Assembly: GCF_004010195.1 (NCBI RefSeq)
Contig: NC_057718.1
Coordinates: forward strand, 97,157,644 to 97,221,643
Direction of reading: 5' to 3'
From: Chiloscyllium plagiosum
Taxonomy: Eukaryota
DNA: 64,000 nucleotides
The translations under genes and the position numbers were made by a program. Position 1 is the first letter of the stretch, and each line of letters begins with the position of its first letter. The notes below the pieces were generated by a model. That model was not told where the DNA came from. It did not search any database and was given only the letters and a program-made list of their open reading frames with translations. Below are positions 9,644 to 22,129 of the stretch, in pieces.

Positions 9644-10404
9644 AGAGACAAATATGTGGTGCTGGAAGAGCACCGCAGGTCAGGTAGCATCCGAGGAGCA
9701 GGAGAATCGACGTTTCAGGCTAAAGGCCTTCATCAGGAATGAGGCTGTGAGCTGAGGGAGTGATGAGATAAATGGGAAGGGGGTTGGGGCTGGGGGAAGG
9801 TAGCTGAGAGTGTGATAAGTGATGGAGGTGGGGGTAAAAATGATAGGTCGGAGAGAAGGGTAGAGTGGATAGGTGGGAAGGAAGATGGACAGGTGGGACA
9901 GGTCATGAGGGCGGTGCTGAGCTGGAAGGTTGGATCTGTGATAAGGTGGGGGGGGGGAAATGAGGAAACTAGTGAAATCCACATTGATGTCGTCGTGTTG
10001 GAGGGTCCAGAGGTGGAAGATGAGGCGTTCTTCCTCCAGGCGTCGGGTGTTTAGGTAGTTGGGATGGAGGAGGCCCAGATTCTAGGTTAAAGTGGTGCTG
10101 GAAAAGCACAGCAGTTCAGGCAGCATCCAAGGAGCAGGAAAATCGACGTTTCGGGCAAAAGCCCTTCATCATGAAGGGCTTTTACCTGAAACGTCGATTT
10201 TCCTGCTCCTCCGATGCTGCCTGATCTGCTGTGCTTTTCCAGCACCACTCTAATCTAGAATCTGGTTTCCAGCATCTGCAGTCATTGTTTTTACCATGGA
10301 GGAGGCCCAGGACCTGCATGTCCTTAGCGGAATGGAAGGGGAAATTGAAGTGTTCGGCCATGGGGTGGTGGGGTTGGTTGGTGCGGGTGTCCCGGAGATC
10401 AGGG
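9644..10404 (-). mobile_element. Penelope-like element family A 3' fragment (GIY-YIG end, 3' UTR, hammerhead), 13-bp TSD
   Basis: Minus-strand 'MAEHFNFPFHSAKDMQVLGLLH...RLEEERLIF...INVDFTSF'; TSD TTAATCAGGGTTT at 9631-9643 and 10405-10417. Confidence 0.88.
10079..10295. mobile_element. Fold-back mini-element family A nested in its parental-type PLE, 15-bp TSD
   Basis: TSD ATGGAGGAGGCCCAG at 10064-10078 and 10296-10310. Confidence 0.9.
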
Positions 10405-10624
10405 TTAATCAGGGTTTGGCATGTGCTTGAACAATGAGTTTTGTACGCAATGAATTGTATTGAGTTCATTGAAATAGCTTTTTAGTCAGAGTAGCAGTGT
10501 GAAAAAGTGTGGAATTGGCAATTTTGGTAATTGAATCAATGCTTACATTAACAGTGCAACTGGTAGAGTAGAGGGACTTGATTATCCTTAGAAGAGGATT
10601 TGCAGTAAGGTTACAATCAACTCT

Positions 10625-10725
10625 GAGAAGGTGAGGACTGCAGATGCTGGAGATCAGAGCCAGGCAGCATCTGAGGAGCAGGAGAAATGACGTTTTGTGC
10701 ATAAGCCCATCATCATGAATTTCTC
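10625..10725 (-). mobile_element. Family A single-arm fragment
   Basis: GAGAAGGTGAGGACTGCAGATGCTGGAGATCAGAG...GCATAAGCCCATCATCA. Confidence 0.7.
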
Positions 10726-11529
10726 CTGTCACAATTTTAATATCATCGCCAAGATTCTTAAATTTGTACAAAAACGATTAGTCAGGCACAGGGAACAGCT
10801 GGATAAGGTTAATTGGGTAAAAAGACTAAATGTTTTGGCAGTAAACAATCAGTGGGAAACATTCAAAGGGACAATTTAAGAAGTTCAGATCTTCCAAGTT
10901 GCTGGAGGTCAAGAGTTGACGTCGTAATAATTTGCGCGGGGGGCCGGGGTCAAGGGTGAAAAACCACAAGAGTTAGTGTGTTGTTGGCTTGAGAAAGGCA
11001 GTGTGCTTCAGGGGAAAGGAGTGTGGTCAATCCCTTATACCAACAGCAGACATTTGTCAGGAATTTTAAAGAGCCATTTGTCATCAGGAGTCTCAGGCTA
11101 GCTTCATTGTTATCGAGGGTCAATTGCAAAATTGAGGTCAGTGGTAATTGGGAGCATAAACGCCAGAGCTGGACGGGAGTTATCTGTTTCTGTCAGAATG
11201 CAAGAATTCCACATCACAGTGCCCTGCTGAAATAACTGCGACTGCAAATGAATGTTGTTGGCATTAAATCTTACTTTTGAGAAATCAAAAGCAATAATAT
11301 TGAGCACCATGATTGATAAGTAAGTCAGAAACTGCAAAGCAACGCCAGTTTTGAATCTGAGCTCTGGGTGAGAAATGAATTTCAAGTTTAAAAGAAAGTT
11401 GCTCACTGTTGCATCTGTCTGATCATCCACATCTTCACCTGCAGATTAACTGTCACTCGTAACTTTTAAGCAGGATGCGAAAGGAAAGAGGAAAATTGAT
11501 TTTCTTTTTATTTATTGCTTTTTCCTGGG

Positions 11530-12260
11530 GATTGCAAGCAGGCCAAAGCAAAATGCATTTCTATAGTGCCATCCCTGACCTCTGCAAGTCCCAGGGGTCT
11601 TTGTAGCCAGTGCTGTATTTTTGTAATGTGGGCAATCTTGTCACGAAGGAGATGTGGGCAGCCCATTTATACACAGCAGGATCCCATAAGCAGCAGGACT
11701 ACGTTGTCTTTTCCCTAGGTTGGGAGATTTCAAGACTAGGGGGCATATCTTTAAGATGAGGGGGAGAGATTTTAAAAAACACACAAGGGGGAAATTTTTT
11801 ACACAGAGGGTGGTTTGCGTGCGGAATGAACTTCCTGAGGAAGTGGTGGATGTGGGTACAATTATAATGTTTAAAATACATTTGGATAAGTACATGAATA
11901 GGAAAGGTTGGAGGGACAGGGGCTAGGAGCAGGCAGGAGGGACTTGTTTAGTTGAGGATTATGGACGACATGGACTGGATGGACCACAGGGTCCGTTTCC
12001 TTGCGGTATGACTCTATGACTCGATAAACTGCTCTCTGCAATGTTTGTTGAGGGATGGATGTTGGTCAGGTCACAGAGGGTAAACTCCTGTAATCCTCTT
12101 TGTAATTGTACCAAGGGGCCACCAATGAACAGAGCGACTGGGCACTGGTTCAACCCATTCCAGTCACAAAATGGGCACCTCTGACAAGATGCAAACACAC
12201 TCTCAAACTCAGCAAAATCATTCCATGTTGCACTGGAAGTGCCAGCCTCACTGTTGTGAA
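11530..12260 (-). mobile_element. Deu-domain SINE interrupted by CR1
   Basis: Antisense tail GCATTTCTATAGTGCC, GCAGCCCATTTATACACAGCAGGATCCCA, resumes ~12040-12260. Confidence 0.5.
11703..12022 (+). mobile_element. CR1 LINE 3' fragment
   Basis: ORF 11720..11926 'TRGHIFKMRG...FFTQRVVCVRNELPEEVVD'; tail ATGACTCTATGACTC. Confidence 0.9.
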
Positions 12261-13124
12261 GTTTGGGAAAGTTCCGCGGAATGTGTTTAGTGGGCAGGAT
12301 TTAATCCTGTCAGCATTTCAAAGTAAAAACATCAATGTGGGCGAGTAAATCATTAAATATGGAGCTCAGGATCCTGCTACATGTACCTTTCCCCACGTTG
12401 TAATTACTCCGCTGATTCTGAGATTTGGTTGAAAGTTTTTTTGGTGCCAACTTCAGTGACAGCAGAAGGATCAGTCAATATTGCACATTGCTTCATGGCA
12501 ATCCGAATCATTTCAAGTGGGTTTTCAACTTGTGTCGTGGATGTCTGACATTTATTCTCCTCCCCTCCCGCTCAAAACAGAATCACAACTAGCTACAAGC
12601 TCACAAACTGAAGCACTTGGAGTGTTTGCAAGACTTTGCATTTCTGAAAGGCAGATTAATATAAGCCCCACAATAATGTGAAAGCTGATTTTGCATCGTT
12701 TTCTGTTAATCATTAAATGCATTCTGAGTAACTTTTCTGGTCCTGGAAGGAAGCGTTCACAACATAATGCAGTGTAATGTTGTCAATACGATCAGCACTT
12801 GACAGAGTGACTAGACATAGCCACTCTGTATAGGTGGGGGTTGATATTAAATTTCCGAAATCGCTGCTTAAATTTGACTAACATTTAGGTTACCTCCCTC
12901 CTCAAGTGTCTGGCTGTTGATCTTTTTTTGGGTTGTGGTTTTGTTTGATGACAATTGCATGAAGTGTTTTGGGGCAGTGGTGTGTTTCACTGTGTTGCAG
13001 GCAATATATCAATTCAAATTGTTTTTGTTGTCAGCTGTTTTCCTGGGTGTCCGAAGAATGTATAACTCAACCCAGGTTGGTGGCAGGGCTGAGAGAGAGG
13101 GAAAGCAGATATTCTGCTGTTTCT

Positions 13125-13470
13125 AATTCACTCACAGGATGAGGATGTCGCTGGTTGGGCTAGCATTTACTGCCCATCCCTAATTGTCCAGAGGGCAGTT
13201 AAGAGTCAACCACATTGCTGTGGGTCTGGAGTCACACGTAGGCCAGACCAGGTAAGGATGGCAGCTTCCTTCCCTGAAGGACATTTGTGATCAGATGGGG
13301 TTTTTTTTGCTAACAAGTGACAATGGATTCACAGTCAACCTTATTTCCAGATTCATTATTGAATTCAAATTCCACCATCTGCTGCGGCAGGATTTGAACT
13401 GGCTCCCCCAGAACATTAGCTGAGTTTCTGGAATAATAGTCTAGGGCTAATGCCACTAGGGCCATTGCAG
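13125..13470 (-). mobile_element. tRNA-headed SINE family 2
   Basis: Reverse complement homologous to 1245-1578 over full length. Confidence 0.8.
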
Positions 13471-13796
13471 GAAGCATTTTCCGCCTCCTTGGTGGAGTAG
13501 GTTAATCGCCCCCTCTTTCCCCATCAGCAGCGAGACCATTACAAAACTCTACCTTCCTGGAGACCAAACAGAATCTCTTCCCTGATTTACCCAATCGATG
13601 TCAATCCCTCGGAGGTTGACAACACCAACGTGTTCTGATATAAATCGAAGACAGAAAGCGAAGGTGCCGCGCCTGATTTTGAAGGGTCAGGATTTCTGAG
13701 AAACATTTGGTCACTTTCCAGCACGTCCTCTCGAACCTTAAGTGCAGATTTTCTTCCTCAGCTGATTCAGAGGGGTAGGTAAACCATTTTAACAAA

Positions 13797-14548
13797 TCTT
13801 TTTCCTCCCTGGAGTGTCGGAGGCTGAGGGGTGACCTTATAGAGGTTTATGAAATCATGAGGGGCGTAGTTAAGCTGAGTGGCAAAGGTCTTTTCCCTGG
13901 GGCAGGAGAGGTCAAAACTAGGGGGCATATTGTGAAGGCGAGAGGAGAAAGATTTAAAGGGGACCTGAGGGGCAATCTTTTCACACAGAGGGTGGTTCTT
14001 AAGTGGAATATCCTGCCAGAGGAGGTGGTAGATGCAGGTAAAGTTACAACATATGAAAGATGTTTGAATAGGTGCATGAATAGGAAAGGTTTAGAGGGAT
14101 ATGGGCCAAACGCAGGTGAATGGGACTAGTTTGTTTTGGAAAAATTGGTTGGCATGGACGGCACAGTGGCTCAATGGTTAGCGTTGCTATCTCACAGCAC
14201 CAGGAACCCAGTTCGATTCCATCCATGGGCAAATCTGTGGAGTTTGCACATTCTCCCTGTGTCTGCGTGGGTTTCCTCTGGGTGCTCTGATTTCCTCCCA
14301 CTGTCCAAAAATGTGAGGTTAAGGTGGGTTAACCTTATTAAATTGCCCATAGTGTTCAGGGATGTGCAGGCTAAGTGGATTAGCCGTGGGGAATGCACCG
14401 TTGCAAGGAAAGAGAGGTGGGTCTGGTTGGATGCTCTTCAGAGGATCACTGTGGAGTCGATGGGCTGAATGGCCTGCTTCTACACTGTGGAGATTCTGAT
14501 TCATGGACAGGTTGGACCAGAGGGTCTGTTTCTCTGCTGTATGACTCG
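13797..14548 (+). mobile_element. CR1 LINE 3' fragment with nested V-SINE
   Basis: ORF 13857..14129 CR1 C-terminus; tail resumes at 14502. Confidence 0.9.
14160..14501 (+). mobile_element. HE1-type V-SINE
   Basis: Full head/V-domain/tail; TSD CATGGAC at 14153-14159 and 14502-14508. Confidence 0.9.
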
Positions 14549-14849
14549 ATGGCTGTTAACCAAAATAAAGCAATCAATATTTCGCATCTTCATCTTCTGT
14601 GACGTTGTTCGGGGAAGGTTGCTATCCCACTCTGGAAAACCCTCCCTAAAGGAAAAGAGGGGCTTGCATTTATTGTGACAGAGGGTCACTGGATTTGAAA
14701 CATGAACTCTTTCTCTCTCCTCAGTCACTGCCAGACCTGCTAAGTTTCACCAGCACTTACTGTTCCCCCTGCAGATTTCCAGCATCCGCAATTCATTGTG
14801 TTATTCCAGCTTCTGGTTTATACTTTTCCCAACCACTTGGACATCTCAA

Positions 14850-15200
14850 AGTTTTTTTTTCAGCCAATGAAGTTACTTTCTGAAGTGCAGTTATTTGGTA
14901 GCACAGGGAGTGTAAGAGCTAATTTGGATGCAGCAAGCTCCCACCAACAGCAGTTTGACAGTGAGCAGGTAATCTGTTTGTATGTCGTTGTTTGAGGGAT
15001 AAGTTGAACACCTGGGATAAATCCCTTACTCTTTGAAATGTTGCTGATTCGTAGAGCGTCCGCCCCAGTTCCCTGTCTCCTCTGAAGAGCACTCTATCAG
15101 ATAGTGTAGCACTCCCCCGGTACTGTACTGGAGTGTTAGCCTTCAGTTTTGTGCCCAAGCTTTGAAATAGAACTTGAAGCAAAAATGGTGCAATTGAGGC
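14850..15200 (-). mobile_element. Deu-domain SINE
   Basis: Antisense CAGCCAATGAAGTTACTTTCTGAAGTG...CAGCAAGCTCCCAC...GCACTCCCCCGGTACTGTACTGGAGTGTTAGCC. Confidence 0.6.
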
Positions 15201-15281
15201 ATAAGTCTGCTCCTAATTACACCTTTATGTCACTCTGCATCTTGACTTCACTTTCCTCCTTTAAGACTCTCCTTAAATCCT

Positions 15282-15420
15282 GCCCCACTGGCTATCTGAC
15301 AAAGGAGCAGTGCTCCAAAAGTTTGTACTTTCAGATAAACCTGTTGGACTGTAAGCTGGTGTCCTGTGATTTTGTAACTTTGCCTGCCCCAGTCCAACAC
15401 TGGCACCTTCACAACATGGA
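15282..15420 (+). mobile_element. Family B single-arm element with 9-bp TSD
   Basis: TSD TTAAATCCT at 15273-15281 and 15421-15429; degenerate hammerhead CTGACAAAGGAGCAGTGCTCCAAAAG. Confidence 0.75.
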
Positions 15421-15699
15421 TTAAATCCTACCTCGTTAGCCAAGCGTTTGTTCATTTATTCTAATATCCTCTAATGGGAGTCAGTGCCATATTGTGTATT
15501 ATATCGCGGCTGTGAAACACCTTGGTATGTTTTATTTGGTTAAAGGTAGTGTAGAGATATAACTGTTCAGTTCTTGTGAATGCACTCGTCCAATTCTTTG
15601 TTTTCTCTGTTGACTTCCTTACTCTGTTTAACTTCCACTCCCTTCATCTCTCATTAAACCTTCAACATCCTTTTGATGTCTGTCTTTTTGTTCCTTACT

Positions 15700-16392
15700 A
15701 TGAGGTCAGCAGATGGCCAGACAAAGTCCCCCACCATCAATATCCTGGGGGTTACCACATACCAGAAACTCAACTGCACTTGCCACATAATCACAGTGGC
15801 TACAAGAGAGGGTCAGAGGCTAGGAATACGACAGCAAGTAACTCACCTCCTGACTCCCCAAAGCCTGTCCACCATCTACAAGGCACAAGGCAGGAGTGTG
15901 TTGGATTCCTTCCCTTTTGCCTGGATGAGTGCTGCTCCAACAACACTCAAAAAGCTTGACACCATCTAAGACAAACCAATGCACTTGGTTGGCACTAGAC
16001 CCATAAGGATTCTCTCCCTCCACCACCAACACTCATTAGCAGCAGCAGTGTGTAATACATACAAGATGAACTGTAGAAATTCACCAAAGATCCTCAGACA
16101 CCACCTATTTCCCCATAGAAGGACAATAGTTGCAGATACATGGGAACATCACCACCTACAACTTCCCCTCCAAGCTTCTCAGTATTCTGATTTGGAAATA
16201 TATCGGCCGTTCCTTCACTGCCGCTGAGTCAAAATCCTGGAATTCCCTCCCTAAGGGCATTGTGGGTCAACCCACAGCAGGTGGACCGCAGCGATTCAAG
16301 AAGGCAGCTCACCCCCACCTTCTCAAGGGGCAACAAATGCTGCGCCCAGCCCAGCGACACCCATATCCTACGAGTGAAGAAAGGAAAAATAA
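15700..16392 (+). mobile_element. LINE family 2 (CR1/L2-group) 3' fragment
   Basis: ORF 15673..15969 'INILGVT..QKLN...LSTIYKAQGRSVLD...AWMSAAPTTLKKLDTI' = RT thumb region; 'KSWNSLPKGIV' C-terminus. Confidence 0.85.
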
Positions 16393-16789
16393 AACATTTG
16401 AACCAGTCAGTCCTGAATGTCAGGTCCCCTTCTCACACGAAAATCCCTGGAATGTTGAAGCCCACACATATTCACAATGATGCAGGCCAGCCTGAGGGAA
16501 ACCCTATTCATTTGTGGGCACTTGTTCACTAAACTGGAGCTGATTCATGGCTAAATGATATCAAAATGAATCGAAAGGAGGCTACACTACATGAAAGTCC
16601 CAGCTGTCCCCCCTCTCCTGCCTCATATCTCGATTCTCTTGGTGTTGAAGAATCAACTGGTCTCATTCTTGAATTTATTCATAATCTGGGCTTTGACTCA
16701 TCTCCGAAGCAGAGAATGCTAATGTTGCCAAAGCTGTATCCTTTGAGCATGTGTACGCGCAAGCTCGAGTCATAATTAAGAGCAGCTGA

Positions 16790-17195
16790 TCATAATTGAA
16801 GATTGGAGAGATTGGGGTTATCTTCCTCAGAGCAGGGAAGATTGAGGGGCCATGATTGAGATGTACAAGATTATGAGGGGCATCGACAGGGTAGGCAGGA
16901 AGGAACCTTTCCCCTTGGTCAGTGACCACAGATTTAAGGCAAGGTTTAGAGGAGATGTGAGAAAACCTTTTCATCCAGAGGGTGGTGGGACTCTGAAACT
17001 TACTGTCTGTATGGGTGATAGAGCCAGAAACCCTCAGAACATTGAAGACGTATTTAGATGTGTACTTGCGATGATAAGGAATATAAGGCTATGGGCCAAG
17101 TGCTGGAGAATGGGATTAGAATAGTCAGGTGATTGTTTTTGACGCGATGGGCTGAAGGGTCGTATTGTGGGCTGTAGACTTCTCTGACTCTGTAA
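16790..17195 (+). mobile_element. CR1-type LINE 3' fragment
   Basis: ORF 16852..17124 'MIEMYKIMRGIDRV'; tail TCTGACTCTGTAAC. Confidence 0.8.
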
Positions 17196-17929
17196 CCGTT
17201 AGGGTACGTGTATAAAAGAAATGTTGCCAATGGGATGGGTTGGTCTGTGGCAGGGATAAGATTGCTCTGTTGCTGGTCAAAGTATTCTGGATAATCCTGT
17301 GTGGGAGACAGGTCAATTCCTGCTCGTTCTTTTGCATGTTCAGGCAATTCAGAACATTTCAAAACTTCACAGCTCTCAGAATGAAGAATGTTTCTCTCAT
17401 CTCAGTCTCAAATGACTAACCCTTAATTCAGGGACTCTGCCTGGTGGACCCAGAACATCTCCTTGTTGAGCCCACCAAGAATTTGATATGTGTCAGAGGT
17501 CACCACATGTTCTTCTAAACTCTAGAGAGTAAAGGTACATTGTAGTCAACACTGAGTTTCTTCCTCCTTCCCTGAAGGCACTTTAGTTCTGTGCCAACAG
17601 TTTAGAAATGCCCGATGTTTTGTTGCTGTTGGGAATATTCAATGCAATGTCCTTGGGGAAAAGAAACCCTTGTGTTTTTAAAACAGAAATTGCTAGAAAA
17701 ACTCATTAGATCTGGCAGCATCTGTGCAGGGAAATCAGAGTTAATGTTTCCAGTGACCCTTCCTCAGAGACAAAGGAGTGGATAATGATCAGCCTGGAGA
17801 ACAAATAGCTCCTAGTGGGGACTATTAATCGTCAACTGTGAGGAATGTGTAATAACAGACCTTGCAATAATAAGGCCTAGTGTGTAGGGTTGGTATAAGG
17901 ACAGGCGAGAAGGTGCCTCAAGACCACGG

Positions 17930-18230
17930 TGCGGCACAGTGGTTCAGTGGTTAGCACTGGGTTCAATTCCAGCCTCTGACGACTGTGTGTGGAGTTTGCA
18001 CATTCTCCCTGTCTGTGTGGGTTTCCTCCACGTGCTCTGGTTACCTCTCACAGTCCAATGATGTGCAGGTCAGGTGCATTAGCCATGCTAAATTGCCCAT
18101 TAGTGTTCAGGGGTGCATTAGCCAGGGGAGATGTAGAGTAATAGGATAGGGAATGGGTCTGGGTGGGATACTCTTTGGAGAGTCGGTGTGGACTTGTTGG
18201 GCCAAATGGCTTGTAGGGATTCTATGACCA
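17930..18230 (+). mobile_element. HE1-type V-SINE
   Basis: GCGGCACAGTGGTTCAGTGGTTAGCAC head, V-domain, GGACTTGTTGGGCC tail. Confidence 0.88.
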
Positions 18231-18439
18231 TAGCAATATATATGACACTGAACATTAATATTCCAGTGAAATATCAAAGGCTGGAAATAGGGGCGAACAG
18301 AATTTGTAAATCAAAACATGGCAATGAGAAGAATGTAAAAAAGTGAGAGAGGAAAATAAAAATGTTGATGAGGTGAAAAAACACTGAGAAGGAAATGAAA
18401 ACATGAGCTACAAAAATCTTCAAGTTTTGAAAGTGACAT

Positions 18440-19000
18440 GTTGATTTGATTTATTGTGACATGTACCTAATTACAGTGAAAAGTTTTGTTTAGTGAGCAG
18501 TACAGGCAGATCACAGCAAACAAAGACGTAGAGAACTTAAGGTGATTGAAGAGAGTGAGACATGCAGAATTCCAGCTGCACAGAAGTTGTACGAAAGCAA
18601 GTTCGACATTAGGTTTCAAAGTTGAGAGGTTCATTCAGCAGTCTGATAACAGTGGGGAAGAAGCTGTTATTGAATCTCTTGGGAGGTGTGTTTGAGCTTT
18701 TGTACCTTCTGCCCCTCGGAAGACATTGCAAGTGATTATAATCAGGGTGGAAGGAGTCTTTGACGATGTTGGCTGCTTTTTCATGGCAACAAGAAGTGTA
18801 GATGGACTCCATGGATGGATGATGGTCTGGGCTGTCACAACTTGTGCATAACTTTGTCACAACTCTCTGTAGTTCCTTACAGTCCTGGGCAGAGCAGTTG
18901 TCATACCAAGTCGTGATAAATTCAGATAGGATGCTTTCTGTAATGCATCTGTAAAAGTTGGCGAGGGTCCTTATGGACATGCCGAATTTCAGAGGGTTTG
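18440..19000 (-). mobile_element. Rex1/Babar LINE 3' fragment
   Basis: ORF 18609..19013(-) 'TLANFYRCITESILS...WYDNCSAQDCKELQRVV...LPRGRRYKS...RFNNSFFPTVIRLLN' typical of Rex1 C-terminus; AATAAA-(ATCAA)n tail. Confidence 0.85.
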
Positions 19001-21306
19001 AATCCAACCTCAAGGCTTGGTATGAACACTGACATGCCAGGGGCCATGTGCCTGAGACTGTGTTTCAGATACAGCATACAGACCACCTGCAAATATCTCT
19101 GAACTGAGTCTTGACCCTCGTGATACTGAGGGCTCCAAAGCAAGTTGTGAGGTGAGTTTTGATGAGCATCAAATCCAAATTAGCTTGAGGAAGGCTACAT
19201 GTTATAATCAGTTCCCTAGCATTGTGTTTATCATTGTTGTGGTTCAGGTTTCAGTTTGATAAGATAAGCCCCATCCCTTGACAGACCCTGTTCTCCAAAA
19301 AGCCATCGTTCTCATCTCAGATTCTTGACAGATCTCTATTTCTGGCGCAAAAAAGCGTGTTAAATCTGTCATCTCAAAATACAGGTGATGATAGCCACTT
19401 GCCATCCCAGCTTTATATTAAAGAGAAATATTCAAGTGCACATCTCCTGACACTACCATCCATCATTCGAAAGTGCACATTCAATATACCCCAGAGAGAT
19501 TCCGTAGAAATCCCAGTGTTTGTAATTAGAACTAGATTTACTCATGTAATCCCAACTGAGTTTTATTAGCAGTTAGATTATCTTTGCAACTGTAGAAAAT
19601 GACCCAGTGTTTAAAGTTATTCCAGAAAAATTTCCCACTTATTTGCATAGCATTGTAACAATCATATGCATTTCTTGAAAATTTATCCTGGTATCAAGTT
19701 TGTTCATAGTTAACATAGTCTCCATACAATTCTGTACTTCCTTTTTATTAAGTGCTTCCAACTTTATAAATCTTTTAGCTGAGTTTGAACCCAGTGTGTT
19801 CATCTAGACTTTCATACTCATAGTGTCTTCTGCCTGTCAGAAATCCACCCTGGCCAATAGCATTGTCAGGTTGGGCCAAATGGCCTGTTTCTTTGTTGTA
19901 CATCCATCTTATGCAACATGCACCCTGTGTGAGCAAGTGAAGGTAATATATACAGCACTTTATTGCACAGAGGGGCACCACTCTGCCCCTTGTACCATTA
20001 TCAACTCTGAAAGATCAATCAGTTTGTCCCATTCTCCCTTCTTTGTTCCCATAGCTCTGCAAAGTGTCCTTTCTCGTTGACATTTAGTTGCAGTGGAACT
20101 TGTCTTCCCGAGCAGCGCACTGCAGAGATCATCGCAACTCATTGAGTCTCGTAAAACATCCCTCCTCTGTTCCACTGCAAGTTATTCCATGTGATATATT
20201 TACCAGTTACTTTACTGGTGCTGCTGCTGCTGGTGGGTTCACCTGAACAACTCAATCAAAGACCCTTCTTGCATACGATACAGTGCAGCTTTGCAGGTGG
20301 AAATCCACGTTGGGTGGCCAAGTCACATTATGGTGTGTTGTTTTGGTGGATTGCCAGCAGCAAACCTCCATTCATTGGCAATTCTGTCTGATCCAGAAGA
20401 CTACTGTCATGTGTTGGGCTGCCATTGACGTTCCCTTGGGAGACAAGTTGTGATGTATTGGGGTTAGACTGCTCTCTTCAAGGGAAGCCAAGGGAAACTG
20501 GAGGCTCCGTTTTTGGCTCGCTCACCAGATCCTGATTGGGGTGGTATCAGTTTGTACTAGACTTGGGGGTGATGACCATCATCCATGTGCTATTTTCCCA
20601 AATGGCCATTCCTCGTATCCTGGTGGTTGCCACCTGTCTGTGGTAGTATGTGTTACTGGGTAAGAGTTGTTTGAGGTAGTGGGTATTCTGCAGTGGTGCA
20701 TCCTCTTAAGGACAGGGACAGATTGGTCTTTCCCCTGATTTTGAGCTGGGCCTATTTAGTGATTGATGGTAGAGGATGCATTGTTGTGGAATATCCACAG
20801 AATAGGCTCGTTTCTCAGATAACAAGAAGATTTATTGCAACTTGGCAATAAATACAGCTACATTTGGTCAAACAAATGACTTGGACCATGGGAAGCTGGT
20901 ACAGATACATCTACTCCCTCCAAAAGCTGGAGTAGAACCCCTTGTCTCTGACCACGGACGGTGTGTGGAGACTATGTAACATGAATGTTGAACCCTTAAG
21001 AAGCATTGCATTAAACAGTCTACCCTGTTTTTAGCTAATGTCATCATCTGACATATCCAACTCCACTGTAAAAAGAAAGGGCCATTATAATCTTTCAGGG
21101 CTGTCTGAAGTGAAGGAAGCATGAAGCGGAATCCTTGTACAATGTATTTGACAATGAAAATGCAGGTCTCACAGGGACAGTACAATTGCTTTGTGTTGAA
21201 GCCAAAGAATCAAACCAGTGTGTTTGTGCCAAACATCATCTTGTAGGGGGCCATTCAGGCAGGTTGGGTTAGAACATAGAACAGTACAGCACAAGAACAG
21301 GCCCTT

Positions 21307-22125
21307 CAGATGGGCCAGTCAGCTGAGGAGTGACAAATGAAGTTTAATTTAGACAAATGGAAGGTGCAGCATTCTGAAAAAGCAAATCTGAGCTTATACA
21401 CGTAATGGTAAGGTCATAGAGAGTGTTGCTGAACAAAGAGATCTTGCAGGTTCATAGCTCCTTGATAGTGGAGTCACAGGTAGATAGGTTAGTGAAGAAG
21501 GTGTTTGGTATGCTTTCCTTTATTGGTTAGAGTAATGAGTACAGGAGTTGGGAAGTCATGTTGCGGCTGTACAGGACATTGATTAGGCCACTTTTGGAGT
21601 ATTTCGTGCAATTCTGGTCTCCTTCCTATCAGAAAGATGTTGTGAAACTTGAAAGGGTTCAGAAAAGATTTACAAGGATGTTGCCAGGGTTGGAGGATTT
21701 GAGCTATAGGGAGAAGCTGAAAAGGCTGATGCTGTTTTCCTAGGAGTGTTGGAGGCTGAGGGGTGATCTTATGGATGTCATGAGGGGCATGGATAGGTTA
21801 AATAGACAAGGTCTTTATCTTAGGGTGGGGGAGTCCAGAACTAGAGGGCATAGGTTTAAGGTGAAAAGGGAAGATATAAAAGGGACCTAAGGGGCAAATG
21901 TTTCCACGCAGAGGGTGTTGCATGTATGGAATGAGCTGCCAGAGGAAGTGGCTAGTAAAATTGCAGCATTGAAAAGTCATCTGGATGGGTATATGAATAG
22001 GAAGGGATATGGGCTAACAGGTGGCAAATGGGACTGGATTAGGTTAGGAATTCTGGTCAGCGTGGACGAGTTGGACCTAAGGGTCTGTTTCTGTGCTTTA
22101 TGTCTCTATGACTGTATGACTCTAT
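21307..22125 (+). mobile_element. CR1 (HER1-type) LINE 3' fragment
   Basis: ORF 21558..21743 'LYRTLIRPLLEYFVQFWSP...LERVQKRFTRM'; (CTATGACT)n tail. Confidence 0.92.
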
Positions 22126-22129
22126 ATCA

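Noticed and set aside
13528..13778. Exon-like segment with good acceptor (CTTTCCCCATCAG) and donor-like GGTAGGTAAA
   Set aside because: All three plus-strand frames hit stops and no peptide is recognisable; a non-coding exon cannot be supported without transcripts.
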